The notes beneath the pieces were generated by a model. That model searched no databases and was not told where the DNA came from. It saw only the letters and a program-made list of their open reading frames with translations. This document shows positions 47,565 to 58,883 of a stretch of DNA of 64,000 nt, piece after piece; position 1 is the first letter of the stretch; every line of letters starts with the position of its first letter. The DNA comes from an uncultured beta proteobacterium. GTDB lineage: Bacteria > Pseudomonadota > Gammaproteobacteria > Burkholderiales > Usitatibacteraceae. The stretch covers positions 502,265-566,264 of the forward strand of contig CAVUJI010000001.1 in the NCBI GenBank assembly GCA_963741815.1. Direction: 5' to 3'. Position numbers and translations under genes: made by a program.

Positions 47565-48737
47565 AGGCTTCCCCGCGCATGAGCTGGCGGTTTTCCCAGT
47601 CGATGCGCAGCAGGATCGCGAGCGCGACGCAAGTTCGACGACGCATCGCCGGTGCCGCCGAAGCGACATCAGCGGCAGCGTCAGGCCCTTGGTGGGCAGC
47701 AGGCCCATGTTCACGCCCATGTTGATGAACGCCTGGAGGCCGATCCAGACGCCGATGCCCTGCGCCACGAGCGCGGCGAAGTGGCGCTCGAGGCTGCGCC
47801 GCCTGGCGCCCGATCGCGAAGGCGCGGAGCACGAGCCAGCGCGAAGAGCGCGATGACCACCGCGAAACGCCGACGAAGCCGAGCTCCTCGGCGATCACCG
47901 CGAGCAGGAAGTCGGTGTGCGCCTCGGGCAGGTAGAAGCAGCTTCTCGACGCTCGCGCCGAGCCCGACGCCGAACCATTCGCCGCGGCCGAAGGCGATCA
48001 GCGCATGCGAGAGCTGGTAGCCCGTGCCGTAGGCGTCGGCCCACGGGTCCATGAAGCCGAAGATGCGCTGCATGCGATAGGGCGAGGAGACGCATGAGCG
48101 CCGGCGAAGCCGAGCGCCAGCATGACCACCAGCCCCGCGAAGAGGCGCCAGTTCATGCCGCCCAGGAAGAGCATGCCGCAGGTGGCGATCGCGATGACGA
48201 CGAAGCGCGCCGAAGTCGGGCTCGCGCAGCAGCAGCCGCCGCGATGAGCAGCATCACGCCGAACATCGGCAGGAAGCCCTTGCTGGAAGTCGTGCATGAA
48301 CGCGGCCTTGCGCACCGTGTAGTCGGCCGCGTAGAGCACCGCGAAGAGCTTCATCAGCTCGGAGGGCTGGACGTTGGCGAACCCGAGCGGGAGCCAGCGC
48401 CGGCTGCCGTTCACCTCGCGCCCGAGGCCCGGGCACCAGCACCAGCCACCAGCAGCAGCGACGCCGAGCGACGAAGAGCCACGGCGCGGCGCTGCTGCCA
48501 CAGCCGCACCGGCACCGGAACGCGACCGCCGCCGCCAGCAGCGATGCCGACGGCGAGGAAGACCGCGTGGCGCACGAGGAAATAGGCCGGGCTGTCGCCC
48601 GTGAAGCGGCTCGCCTCGGCGATCGCGATCGACGCCGAATAGACCATCACCAGCCCGATCGCGCCGAGCAGCAGCGCCGACCAGAGCGAGCGCGCGGTCG
48701 TAGTCCGGCGTCGGGCGGGCGCTGGGCTGTAGAGCAT
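47561..48737 (-). CDS. ftsW: SEDS peptidoglycan polymerase FtsW (heavily frameshifted)
   Basis: [55 protein letters not shown]. Confidence 0.9.
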
Positions 48738-48744
48738 CAGTAGG

Positions 48745-50130
48745 CTAGCCGGGCGCCGGGCAGCGCGCGCGCGGCCGCGGCGAAGGCCTCGCCGCGCTGC
48801 CCGTAGTTGCGGAACATGTCGAAGCTCGCGCAGGCGGGCGACAGCAGCACCGCGTCGCCGCGGCGGGCGCAGGCGAACGGCGCGCTCGACCGCCTGCCTC
48901 CATCGTCGCGGCGCGCTCGAGCGGCGACGCCGGTGCCGGCCGAGCGCGCGCGGCGATCGCGGCGCGTCGCGGCCGATCAGCAGCGACGGCGCGCGCATGC
49001 GCCGCGCACCGCGCGCGGCGAGCGGCGCGAAGTCCTGTCCCTTGCCGTCGCCGCCGGCGATCAGCACGACGCGGCTGCGCGAAGCCCGCGAGCGCGGCGA
49101 TCGTGGCGCCGACGTTGGTGCCCTTGGAATCGTCGTAGAAGCGCACGCCGCGCGCCTCGGCGACCGGCTGCACGCGGTGCGGCAGGCCCGCGGAACTCGC
49201 GCAGCGCCCGGGCGAGGCCGTCGCGCGGCAGGCCGGCGGCGCGTCGCGAGCGCGTGCGGCGGCCAGCGCGTTGGCGACGTTGTGCAGCCCCGGCATGCCG
49301 CATGTCGGCGGCCGCGAGGATGGGGCGCTCGCCGTGCATGAGCACGCGCCCGCCGGCGTCGAGGCCCCATTCCGGACGCGCCGGCGGGCACGTCCAGCCC
49401 GAAGGTGAAGGTGCGCCCCGGCGGCCATGCCGCGGCTCCAGGCGTCGTCGCGGTTGAGCACCCGGGTGCCGTCACCGCAGGAAGATCGCGCGCCTTGGCC
49501 CGCGCGTAGTCGGCGAGGCCGTCGTAGCGGTCGAGGTGGTCCTGGCTCACGTTGAGCATCGCCGCGGCGTCCAGGGCGAGCGAGGCGGTGGTCTCGAGCT
49601 GGTAGCTGGACAGCTCGACCGCGTAGAGGTCGGCGAAGCCCGCGACCTCGGCCTGCGTGAGCGCGTCGAGCACGGGCACGCCGATGTTGCCGATCGCCTC
49701 GGCGCGCATCCCGCAGGCGCCCCCCATCGCCGCGGCGAGCGCGGTGACGGTGGACTTGCCGTTGGTGCCGGTCACGGCGAGCACGCGTACGCCCGGCGCG
49801 GCGCGCGCGACCTCGCGCCCGAAGAGCTCGATGTCGCCCACGACCTCGACGCCGCGCCCGCGGGCGGCCCGAAGCGACCGGTTCGCGAAGCGCAACGCCC
49901 GGACTCGCAACGATCGTGTCCACGCCTTCCAGGAGCGCGTCGTCGAAAGGTCCGAGCCGCGGGCGCAGCTCGGGAAGCTCGGCACGCAGCGCTCCGAGGG
50001 CCGGAGGCGCCGCTCGCGTATCGGCAGCAGCCAGGCGCGCGCCATGCCGCGCGAGCCAGCGTACGGCCGACAATCCCGTGTCACCCAGTCCGAGCACGAG
50101 CACCCGCCTGCCTTGCCAGTCATGGGCCAT
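48745..50130 (-). CDS. murD: UDP-MurNAc-L-Ala--D-Glu ligase (frameshifted)
   Basis: [56 protein letters not shown]. Confidence 0.92.
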   Translation of the reverse strand: MAHDWQGRRVLVLGLGDTGLSAVRWLARHGARLAAADTRAAPPALGALRAELPELRPRLGPFDDALLEGVDTIVASPGVALREPVASGRPRARRRGRGRHRALRARGRARRAGRTRARRDRHQRQVHRHRARRGDGGRLRDARRGDRQHRRARARRAHAGRGRGLRRPLRGRAVQLPARDHRLARPGRRGDAQREPGPPRPLRRPRRLRAGQGARSSCGDGTRVLNRDDAWSRGMAAGAHLHLRAGRARRRVRNGASTPAGACSCTASAPSSRPPTCGMPGLHNVANALAAARARDAPPACRATASPGRCASSAGLPHRVQPVAEARGVRFYDDSKGTNVGATIAALAGFAQPRRADRRRRRQGTGLRAARRARCAAHARAVAADRPRRAAIAARARPAPASPLERAATMEAGGRARRSPAPAAATRCCCRPPARASTCSATTGSAARPSPRPRARCPAPG

Positions 50131-50146
50131 CTCCTTTTGCGTTCGC

Positions 50147-51234
50147 CTATCGCAGCTTCAGGGTCGAGAGTCCGAACAGCACCAGCATCATCGTGATGAT
50201 CCAGAACCGCACCACGACCTGGTTCTCCTTCCAGCCCTTCAGCTCGTAGTGGTGGTGCAGCGGCGCCATGCGGAAGACGCGCCTGCCCGTCAACTTGAAG
50301 CTCGCCACCTGGATCATCACGGACAGCGTCTCGACGACGAAGACGCCGCCCATGATGAACAGCACGATCTCCTGGCGCACGATCACGGCGATCGTGCCGA
50401 GCGCGGCGCCGAGCGCGAGCGCGCCGACGTCGCCCATGAAGACTTCGGCCGGATAGGCGTTGAACCAGAGGAAGCCGAGCCCCGCGCCGGCCATCGCGCC
50501 GCAGAAGACGGCGAGCTCGCCCGCGCCCGGTGATGCACGGGAAGCCGAGGTACTTCGAGAAGACGGCGTTGCCCGTCGACGTAGGCGAAGATGCCGAGCG
50601 CCGAGCCGACCATCACCGTCGGCATGATCGCGAGGCCGTCGAGGCCGTCGGTGAGGTTGACCGCGTTCGAGGTGCCGACGACGACGAACTAGGCGAGGAT
50701 CACGAAGCCCATCGCGCCGAGCGGGATCGACACGGTCTTGAAGAACGGCACGATGAGCTCGGTCTGCTGCGGCAGCTTCGCGGTGAAGGCGAGCAGGTAC
50801 ACGGCCACGAGCGCGATCACCGACTGCCAGAAGAACTTCGCCCGCGCCGACAGCCCCTTCGGGTTGCGGTGCACGACCTTGCGCCAGTCGTCGACCCAGC
50901 CGACGGCGCCGAATCCCAGGGTGGTCGGCAGGCACAGCCACACGAAGCGGTTGCCGAGGTCGGCCCACAGCAGCGTCGTGACCGCGATCGAGACCAGGAT
51001 CAGCGCGCCGCCCATCGTCGGCGTGCCGGCCTTCACGAGGTGCGTGGCGGGCCCGTCGTCGCGCACCGACTGGCCGATCTTGTACGCGGTGAGCTTGCGG
51101 ATCATCGCCGGGCCCACGACGAAGGAGATCGCGAGCGCGGTGAGCGCGGCCAGCACCACCCGCAGCGTGATGTAGCCGAACACGTTGAAGGCGCGGACGT
51201 AGCCCTCGAGCCAGTGGGCGAGCTCAACGAGCAT
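50147..51234 (-). CDS. mraY: Phospho-MurNAc-pentapeptide transferase (internal stop at 50689 and indels, likely errors)
   Basis: [25 protein letters not shown] (in DNA), [24 protein letters not shown]. Confidence 0.95.
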
Positions 51235-52610
51235 CGGCGTCCTCCCCGGTGCACAGCGCGTCGGCGACGCGGTCCATGCGCATGAAGCGCGAGCCCTTCA
51301 CGAGCACCGTGGTGCCCGGGCGCGCCTCGGCGCGGGCCGCCTCCACGAGCGCCTCGGCGCTCGCGAAGTGCCGGCCGGCGGGGCCGAAGGCGGCGACCGC
51401 CTCGCGGCTTTCGGGGCCCAGCGCGAGCAGCGCCTCCACGCCCGCCTCGCGCGCGCAGCGCCCGACCTCGGCGTGCATCGCCGGGGCGTCGTCGCCCAGC
51501 TCGCCCATGTCGCCCATCACGAACACGTGCCGGCCGGGCTGCGCGGCGAGCACCGCGAGCGCCGCGCGCATCGAGTCGGGATTGGCGTTGTACGTGTCGT
51601 CGATGAGCCAGGCCGCGCCCGCGCGCCGGCGCTGCAGGCGCCCCGGCACGCCGGCGAAGTCCGCCAGCGCCCGCGCCATCGGCCCGGTCGGCACGCCGAC
51701 GGCGTGGGCCGCGGCGCACGCGGCGAGGGCGTTTCGCACGTTGTGCTCGCCGGCCACGCGCAGCGCCACCTCGAACTGCCCGGCCGGCGTCGAGAAGCGC
51801 GTGGTCTCGTCGCCGCGCGCGGCGCACACGTCGGCGGGCTGCGCCAGCCCGAAGGTCACGATGCGCCGCCCCGCGTTGAGGCCCCGCCAGTAGCCCGCGA
51901 AGCCGTCGTCGGCGTTGACCACCGCCACGCCGCCGCCGCCGAGCCCGCCGTAGATCTCGCCCTTGGCGTGCGCCACCGCCTCGAGGCCGCCGAGGGGGCC
52001 GACGTGGGCGCGCTGCGCGTTGTTCACGAGCGCGACCGTCGGGCGCGCGAGGCCGGTGAGGTAGGCGATCTCGCCGGCGTGGTTCATGCCCATCTCGATC
52101 ACGGCGTAGCGGTGCGCGGGACGCAGCTGCAGCAGCGTGAGCGGCATCCCGATGTCGTTGTTGAGGTTGCCCGCCGTGGCGAGCACCGCCGCGCGCGACC
52201 CCGCGTTCTCGGCGAGGATCGCGGCGAGCATCTCCTTCACCGTGGTCTTGCCGTTGCTGCCGGTGAGCGCGATGAGCGGCAGCGCGAAGCGCGCGCGCCA
52301 GTGGGCGGCCAGGCGCCCGAGCGCGAGGCGCGTGTCGGCCACGACCACCTGGGGCACGCCGGACGCGACCGTGCGCGCCGTGAGCGCGCCCGCCGCCCCG
52401 CGGCGCGCGGCCTCGGCGACGAAGTCGTGGGCGTCGAAGCGCTCGCCGCGCGAGCGCGACGAAGAGGTCGCCGGGCGCGAGCGCGCGGCTGTCGGTGGCG
52501 ACGCCCGAGAAGGCGGCGCTCGCGCCGTGCAGCCTCCCCCCGAGCACGCGCGCGGCCTCGGCGAGGTCCATCATCGGGGGCGCGCCCGCGGGGCGGTTCG
52601 CCGCGTTCAT
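51224..52610 (-). CDS. murF: UDP-MurNAc-tripeptide--D-Ala-D-Ala ligase (one frameshift near 52450)
   Basis: [58 protein letters not shown]. Confidence 0.95.
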
Positions 52611-54106
52611 GGCGCCGCTCCCGACTCGGCGAGCGCCGCCGCGGCCACGTCGCGGTCGTTGAAGGGGTGGCGCGCGCCGGCGATCTCCTGGTACGTCTCG
52701 TGTCCCTTGCCCGCGAGCAGCACCACGTCGCCGCGCCGGGCCTGGTGCACGGCGGCGAAGATCGCCACCTGCCGGTCCTCGATCGCCTCGGCGCCGCCCG
52801 CGGCGATGCCGGCGAGGACCTGCTCGATGATCGCCCGGGGCGGCTCGCCCCGCGGGTTGTCGCTCGTGACGATCACGCGGTCGGCGAGCCGGGCCGCGGC
52901 CTCGCCCATGAGCGGGCGCTTGCCCGCGTCGCGGTCGCCGCCGCAGCCGAACACGCAGATGAGCCGCGCGCCGGGCGCCAGCGCCGGGCGCAGCGACTCG
53001 AGCGCCTTCTCGAGGGCGTCCGGGGTGTGGGCGTAGTCGATCACCACGAGCGGTGCCTCGCCGCCGCCGAGGCGCTCGAGGCGTCCCGGCACCGGGGCCA
53101 GCGCGCAGACCGCGGCGAGCGCCTCGTCCCACGCGACGCCGGCCGCGAGCAGCGCGCCCAGGACCGCGAGGAGGTTCGAGACGTTGAAGGCGCCCAGCGC
53201 GCTCGCGCGCACCTCCCCCTCGCCCCAGTCGCCTCGCACCCGGAAGCGCACGCCCGCCTCCGAGAGCGCGACGCCGGAGGCCACGAGGCGCGGCGCCATG
53301 CGCCGCTCGAAGGAAGCCGCGCCCTCGACCGAGAACGGGATGCGCTCGAGGCCGCTGTCCTCGAGCCGGCGCAGGAAGCGCTCGCCCCAGGGGTCGTCGG
53401 CGTTGATCACCGCGTGCGTGAGCCCGCGCGCCGAGAAAAGGCGGTACTTGGCCTCGGCGTACGCCTCCATGGTGCCGTGGTAGTCGAGGTGGTCGCGGGT
53501 GAGGTTGGTGAAGACCGCCACGTCGAGCTTGACGCCCGCCACGCGCTCCTGGTCCAGGCCGTGGCTCGACACCTCCATCGCCACCGCGCGCGCGCCGCGG
53601 CGCAGGTACTCGGCGAGCAGGCGCTGCAGCACGATCGCATCCGGCGTGGTGTTGCGCGCCTCGGTTCTCTCGCCCACCAGGCCGTTGCCGAGGGTGCCCA
53701 CGACGGCGGCGCGCCGTCCGAGCCCATCGCAGGCCGCGGCGATCCACTGGGACACCGACGTCTTGCCGTTGGTGCCGGTCACCCCGGCGATCCACAGGGA
53801 CGCCGAGGGGTCGCCGTACACGTGCCCGGCGATGCCGGAGATGCGCGCGCGCAGGTTGTCGATGCCGAGGTGGGGCACGTCCCAGCGCGCGTCCCACGCG
53901 AACCCGGCGCGTTCCCACAGCACCGCCGCCGCGCCCCGCGCGATCGCCTCGGGGATGAACGCGCGCCCGTCGAGCACGGTGCCGGGGTAGGCCGCGAAGA
54001 CCGATCCCCGCTTCACGGCGCGGGAGTCGGCGGTGAGGTCGGCCAGCGGCACGCCGAGGCCGTCGAGGCGCCCGGCGAGGCCGGCGGATCCGCACGCGGG
54101 CGTCAT
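52607..54106 (-). CDS. murE: UDP-MurNAc-dipeptide--meso-DAP ligase
   Basis: GVTGTNGKTS, MEVSSH, FTNLTRDHLDYH, DYAHTPD, FGCGGDRD, DNPR, AGKGHE. Confidence 0.97.
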   Translation of the reverse strand: MTPACGSAGLAGRLDGLGVPLADLTADSRAVKRGSVFAAYPGTVLDGRAFIPEAIARGAAAVLWERAGFAWDARWDVPHLGIDNLRARISGIAGHVYGDPSASLWIAGVTGTNGKTSVSQWIAAACDGLGRRAAVVGTLGNGLVGERTEARNTTPDAIVLQRLLAEYLRRGARAVAMEVSSHGLDQERVAGVKLDVAVFTNLTRDHLDYHGTMEAYAEAKYRLFSARGLTHAVINADDPWGERFLRRLEDSGLERIPFSVEGAASFERRMAPRLVASGVALSEAGVRFRVRGDWGEGEVRASALGAFNVSNLLAVLGALLAAGVAWDEALAAVCALAPVPGRLERLGGGEAPLVVIDYAHTPDALEKALESLRPALAPGARLICVFGCGGDRDAGKRPLMGEAAARLADRVIVTSDNPRGEPPRAIIEQVLAGIAAGGAEAIEDRQVAIFAAVHQARRGDVVLLAGKGHETYQEIAGARHPFNDRDVAAAALAESGAAP

Positions 54107-55857
54107 CCCGCCCCCGCCTCGCGCGCCGGCGCCCGGGCCTCGAGCGGCCCGGCCCCGGGCACGCGCACCTCGAGCGTCTGCGGCGCATCGGGCGGCACCG
54201 AGCGCATGCGCAGCGCCGCGCCCATCACCGAGGCGAAGACCGGCCCGGCCACGTCGCCGCCGTAGTGGTCGCCCGCGGGCTCGTCGAGCATCACGGCGAT
54301 GATGAAGCGCGGGTCGGTGACCGGGGCGAAGCCCACGAACGAGGAGATGTACTTGTGCTCGTTGTAGCCGCCGCGCTCGGGCTTCATCGCCGTGCCGGTC
54401 TTTCCCGCCACGCGGTAGCCGGGGACCGCGGCGAGCGGCGCGGTGCCTTCCGCCGAGACCGCCATCTCCATCATCCGCGTGACCTCGCGCGCGCTCTTCG
54501 CCGTGACGATGGGACGGCCGATGGGCCGCGCGTCGCGCTTGAGCAGCGCGAGCGGCAGCAGCTCGCCGCCGTTGGTGAAGATCGTGTAGGCGCGGGCGAG
54601 CTGCAGCAGCGACACCGAGATGCCGTGGCCGTACGACATCGTCGCCTGCTCGACCGGGCGCCATTCCGACCAGGGCCGCACGATCCCGCGGGCCTCGCCG
54701 GGGAAGCCGGTGTGGGGCGCCACGCCGAAGCCGAGCGCGCGGAACATGAGCCCCATGCGCTGCGGGGTCATGCGCAGCATGATCTTGGCCGCGCCGATGT
54801 TCGACGATTTCTGGATCACCTGGGCGACGGTGAGGGTGCCGTGGGGATGGGCGTCGCTGATGGTCCAGCCGCCGATGGCCATGTGGCCGCCCTCGGTGTC
54901 GATGCGGGTGTCGGGACGCACGATGCCGTCGTCGAGCGCGGCGGCGATGGTGAACGGCTTCATCGTGGAGCCGGGCTCGAAGAGGTCCGTGACCGCGCGG
55001 TTGCGCGTCTGCGCGCCGGTGACCCGCGCGCGGTTGTTCGGGTTGTAGTCGGGCTGGTTCACGAGCGCGAGTACTTCGCCCGTGCGCGCGTCGAGGATCA
55101 CCAGCGCCCCGCCCTTCGCCCCGTCGGCCCGCACCGCCGCCTTGAGCTCGCGGTGGGCGAGGAACTGCAGCCGCTCGTCGATGGCGAGCACCACCTCGCG
55201 CCCGTCGCGCGGGGCGCGGATGCTCTCGACGTCCTCGACGATGCGGCCCTTGCGGTCCTTGATCACCTTGCGGCTGCCGGGCATTCCCGCCAGGCGCGAC
55301 TGCTCCGCGAGCTCGATGCCCTCCAGGCCCCGGTCGTCGATTCCGGTGAATCCGACCACGTGCGCCATCACCTCGCCGGCGGGGTAGTAGCGGCGGTACT
55401 CGCGCTGCTCGAAGACGCCGGGAATCCCGAGCGCCATCACCTTGGCCGCCCGATCGGGCGGAATCTGGCGCTTGAGATAGGCGAACTGGCGATCCTTGTC
55501 GGCAATCTTCTGGCGCAGCTCGGGCGCCGGCATGCCGAGGACCCGGGCGAGGGCGGCGAGCTGGGCCGGGGCCGCCTCGAGGTCCTCGGGGCTCGCCCAG
55601 ATCGACTCGACCGGCGTGGAGATGGCGAGCGGGTGGCCGTTGCGGTCGAGGATCGGGCCGCGGGAGGCGGGCATCTCGATCACGCGGCCGTAGCGCGCCT
55701 CGCCCTTGGCCTGCAGGAAGTCGGTGCGCATGCCCTGCAGGTAGAACGCGCGGGCGGCGAGCGTGGCGAACCCGGCCACCACCACCACGAGCACGAAGCG
55801 CGAGCGCCAGCCCTCGAGCTTGAGGCGCAGCTCCGGGGTGCGCTGCTCGTACCTCAC
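54103..55857 (-). CDS. ftsI: Penicillin-binding protein 3
   Basis: RG.ILDRNG, R.YP.GE, EPGSTMKP, KSSN, AGKTGT. Confidence 0.96.
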   Translation of the reverse strand: MRYEQRTPELRLKLEGWRSRFVLVVVVAGFATLAARAFYLQGMRTDFLQAKGEARYGRVIEMPASRGPILDRNGHPLAISTPVESIWASPEDLEAAPAQLAALARVLGMPAPELRQKIADKDRQFAYLKRQIPPDRAAKVMALGIPGVFEQREYRRYYPAGEVMAHVVGFTGIDDRGLEGIELAEQSRLAGMPGSRKVIKDRKGRIVEDVESIRAPRDGREVVLAIDERLQFLAHRELKAAVRADGAKGGALVILDARTGEVLALVNQPDYNPNNRARVTGAQTRNRAVTDLFEPGSTMKPFTIAAALDDGIVRPDTRIDTEGGHMAIGGWTISDAHPHGTLTVAQVIQKSSNIGAAKIMLRMTPQRMGLMFRALGFGVAPHTGFPGEARGIVRPWSEWRPVEQATMSYGHGISVSLLQLARAYTIFTNGGELLPLALLKRDARPIGRPIVTAKSAREVTRMMEMAVSAEGTAPLAAVPGYRVAGKTGTAMKPERGGYNEHKYISSFVGFAPVTDPRFIIAVMLDEPAGDHYGGDVAGPVFASVMGAALRMRSVPPDAPQTLEVRVPGAGPLEARAPAREAGAG

Positions 55858-56141
55858 GGCCTCGCCCCCACGGCGCGCCCGTCCTCGTCGACGATGATCG
55901 TGGTGTCCGGCTGCGGCATGCGCATGCCCAGGCGCCGCGCCGCCACGTCGGCGACGCGCTTGTTGTTGGCCCAGGTGCCCTGCTCGAGCTGCAGCTGCGT
56001 CCACTCCTCGTCGAGCTTCTTGGCCGCCGCCTGCTCGGACTCGAGCGCGCTGAAGAGCGAGCGGGCGCGGTGCTGGGACGTGACCACGCCCAGGGCGCAC
56101 GCCACGACCGCGGCGAGGAGGATCGCGCTCACCCGGCCCAT
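55854..56141 (-). CDS. ftsL: Cell division protein FtsL
   Basis: TM plus coiled-coil, LQLEQ..W, A..RLGM; between rsmH and ftsI. Confidence 0.9.
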   Translation of the reverse strand: MGRVSAILLAAVVACALGVVTSQHRARSLFSALESEQAAAKKLDEEWTQLQLEQGTWANNKRVADVAARRLGMRMPQPDTTIIVDEDGRAVGARP

Positions 56142-56143
56142 GC

Positions 56144-57067
56144 TCAGTCCCGCTTCTCCGCCACGCGCAGCACGGCGCTGCGGGCCCGGGGGTTGCGCCG
56201 CACCTCCTCGGCGCCGGGGCGGATCGCGCGCCCGACGCGGCGCAGCTGCGGCGGGGGCAGGTCCGCGGCGCGCACCGGCAGGCCGCGGGGCAGGCGGTCG
56301 GCCGTCGAGCGCTCGCGGATGAAGTTCTTGACGATGCGGTCCTCGAGCGAGTGGAAGCTGATCACGGCCAGCCGCCCGCGGGGAGCGAGGAGCTCCGCGG
56401 CCTGGGGCAGCGTCAGCGCGAGCTCCTCAAGCTCCTGATTGACGTGAATCCGAAGAGCCTGAAAGGTGCGGGTCGCCGGATGCTGGCCCGGCTCGCGCGT
56501 GCGGACCGCGCGACCCACGATCTCGGCAAGTTGCCGGGTCCCGCGAAGGGGCCCTTGAGCCCGTGCCGCAGCAATCGCTGCTGCAACCGATTGAGCAAAC
56601 CGTTCTTCCCCATAGGTCGCGATCACCTCCCTGATGTCTTTTTCGTCGGCGCGCATGAGCCATTCCGCCGCGGTCTCGCCGCGGGAGGTGTCCATGCGCA
56701 TGTCGAGCGGGCCCTCGCGCGCGAAGCTGAAGCCGCGCCGCGGCTCCTCGAGCTGCGGCGAGGAAACGCCCAGGTCGAGGAGCACGCCCGCGACCCGGCG
56801 GATTCCGCGCTCGGACAACGCCTCCTGCATCGTCGAGAACCTCCCGTGGATCAGCTCAAGACGCGGATCTTCGAGCGCGCGAGCCGCAACCGCCGCGGGG
56901 TCCTGATCAAAAGCGAGAAGTCTTCCGCGAACACCGACACGGGCGAGGATGGCCGCGCTGTGCCCGCCGCGGCCAAAGGTGCCATCGACGTAGGTTTCGC
57001 CTTCACGGACGTCGAGGGCAGCGATGGCTTCTTCGAGAAGGACCGGGACATGGGAGACCTCACTCAC
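56144..57067 (-). CDS. rsmH: 16S rRNA m4C1402 methyltransferase
   Basis: [59 protein letters not shown]. Confidence 0.97.
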   Translation of the reverse strand: MSEVSHVPVLLEEAIAALDVREGETYVDGTFGRGGHSAAILARVGVRGRLLAFDQDPAAVAARALEDPRLELIHGRFSTMQEALSERGIRRVAGVLLDLGVSSPQLEEPRRGFSFAREGPLDMRMDTSRGETAAEWLMRADEKDIREVIATYGEERFAQSVAAAIAAARAQGPLRGTRQLAEIVGRAVRTREPGQHPATRTFQALRIHVNQELEELALTLPQAAELLAPRGRLAVISFHSLEDRIVKNFIRERSTADRLPRGLPVRAADLPPPQLRRVGRAIRPGAEEVRRNPRARSAVLRVAEKRD

Positions 57068-57139
57068 GGGGGAAGGGAGTCGACGCTGGGCCTGCGCTCT
57101 CCGCGGGGAGCGGCTTCGGACCCAGGGTCGTCGGCCGCA

Positions 57140-57589
57140 TCACAGAGAGAAGTTCTCCATCCCCGGGGGCAACTGCGGGCTGCCCCCGGACCTGAGCGTC
57201 TCGAGCTGCGCGTTCCACGTCTCGAGGTCCCAGATTTCGAAGTGGGATCCCTGCCCCACCAACATGACCTGGCGCGTGATCTTCGCGAAGTCGCGCAGCT
57301 CCGGCGGGATGAGCAGCCGCCCCGCCCCGTCGGGCTCCAGCTCCTGGGCGAAGCCGACGAGCAGCCGCTTCCACAGGCTCGCCTGCCGGTCGAGGCTCGG
57401 AAACGCCATGACCTGCGAGCGGATCGGTTCCCAGGCGGGGTTCGGGTAGAGGAGAAGGCACCCGTCAGGGTGCGCAGTGAGCACTAGCTTTACCGTGCCC
57501 CCCTGGGTCAGGGGATCGCGGGCGCGGGTCGGCACGGCCATGCGCCCCTTTGCATCCAGATGGATCTGGTTTGCCCCCTGAAACACCAT
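57140..57589 (-). CDS. mraZ: Division/cell-wall cluster repressor MraZ
   Basis: F.G....LDAKGR.AVP.R.R, CLLLYP...W, D..GRLLIP..LR, FEIWD. Confidence 0.96.
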   Translation of the reverse strand: MVFQGANQIHLDAKGRMAVPTRARDPLTQGGTVKLVLTAHPDGCLLLYPNPAWEPIRSQVMAFPSLDRQASLWKRLLVGFAQELEPDGAGRLLIPPELRDFAKITRQVMLVGQGSHFEIWDLETWNAQLETLRSGGSPQLPPGMENFSL

Positions 57590-57645
57590 TTTCCCCACGT
57601 TTTCCCACTTCCGCACACTGTAGAGAAGCGGCTACAACGCGTCAA
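57590..57645 (-). promoter_or_regulatory. dcw promoter with MraZ-box direct repeats
   Basis: TTGACG (57645-57640), 17 nt spacer, TACAGT (57622-57617), then GTGGG repeats at 10 nt spacing (GTGGGAAAACGTGGGGAAAA). Confidence 0.8.
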
Positions 57646-57835
57646 GGGAAAAGAAGCGCAATTTTTTCTTGTGGGACAAGGGGTTAGCGGCACTTCGGCG
57701 GACGGTGGCGGGTGTGTGCAGTTCCTTTGATATCAGGAAGTTATGCACTTTTCTTTATGTAGTACTGGAGATCTAGCGGTGCGGACCGTCCCGGCGGGGC
57801 CCGGTGGACCGCGCCACGCAACGACGTTCCAAATG

Positions 57836-57861
57836 AGAAAGGGCCCGTCGCCGGGCCCTTG
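57836..57861 (-). terminator. Terminator of the exported-protein gene
   Basis: AAGGGCCCG-GCGA-CGGGCCCTTTCT hairpin on the minus strand. Confidence 0.65.
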
Positions 57862-57885
57862 CGCCACCGGGGTACGCCGCCGGGA

Positions 57886-58712
57886 TCAGCCGCCGCCGCG
57901 TCCCCGGCCGTGGAAGCCGCCCTGGCGCCCGCCGGGGCCGCCGCCCGCCGTCACCATCCCCAGCCCGAGCGCGTGGCCGCGCCGGCGAGCCGCTGGGATG
58001 CGCCGGTCGCGCGGGGCGCCGTGGCGGAATCGCTCGACAGCGAGGCGAGCCTCGTGCGCTGGGAGCGGATGGCGCCCACCACCGCATCCAGCTTCGTGCC
58101 CTGCGCCTGGGCGATCTTCCCCCAGCCCATCCCCTCGGCGCGCATCGTGAGCACGCCCCGGAGCGTCATGGTGCTGCCGTCGGCGAGGATCGCGTCGCCG
58201 CCGGTGAGCGCGGCCTGGAGCTGCGCGGCCGCGGGCTCGGTGATGCCGACGTTCGCGAGCGCGGCCTTCGCGAGCGCGAGCGAGATGAAGACGTTGCCCC
58301 AGCCCATCCGGCCCGTCGGCGGCTCGATCATGGCGCCGCCCGTCGCGCCGCCGGGGCCGGCCCCGATCGCGCCTGCCGCGCCGGTGGCGCCCGTCGCGTC
58401 GCCGGTGCCGATCGCCCCCCCCGTGCCGAGGGTGCCGGCGGCGCCCGCCGTCCCGGCGCCCGTCGTCGCGCCGAGCGTGACGGCGGCGCCGTCGCGCAGC
58501 GCGTACACGAGCGCGAGCGTGTCCTCGTCCGAGCCCGCGAGGGAGCCGAAGCTCGCGGCGATGCGCGCGGCGACCTGGGCCTGGCCGTGGACCGCGGCCG
58601 TCGCATCGAGGGTGCTCACATGGGTGTCGACCGTGGCGGTCGTCTGCGCGGCGGCGAGCGGCGCGACGGCGGCCAGCACGGCCGCGCACAGCAATCGAAT
58701 CGGCGTTCCCAT
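57886..58712 (-). CDS. Exported low-complexity hypothetical protein (ORF stops at 57951; possible frameshifted tail to 57886)
   Basis: GGAGG RBS, signal peptide ..PLAAA, Gly-Ala-Thr repeats, two MGWG motifs. Confidence 0.7.
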
Positions 58713-58807
58713 GGTGCGGCCTCCGTCAAGCGGTCACGAGCAATGTGGCGCGGCGTGCGGGCCGCAGGGCGTGCGCCAGATCATCGGGCGAAGGAGGCGG
58801 CGCGAGG

Positions 58808-58823
58808 TGTGAACGGCGTCACA
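58808..58823. promoter_or_regulatory. Perfect CRP-family binding box
   Basis: TGTGA-ACGGCG-TCACA, centred about 104 nt upstream of the ATG at 58712; GATGAT -10-like hexamer at 58785-58780. Confidence 0.7.
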
Positions 58824-58883
58824 GTGGCCGCAGAAACACGGGTTTCGTCGCCGTCAGGCGACGCAATCCGGGGGGAAGAAAGT

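Noticed and set aside
50689-50691. In-frame TAG in mraY as stop-codon recoding
   Set aside because: Lies in the error-rich segment, and many intact genes here end in TAG normally.
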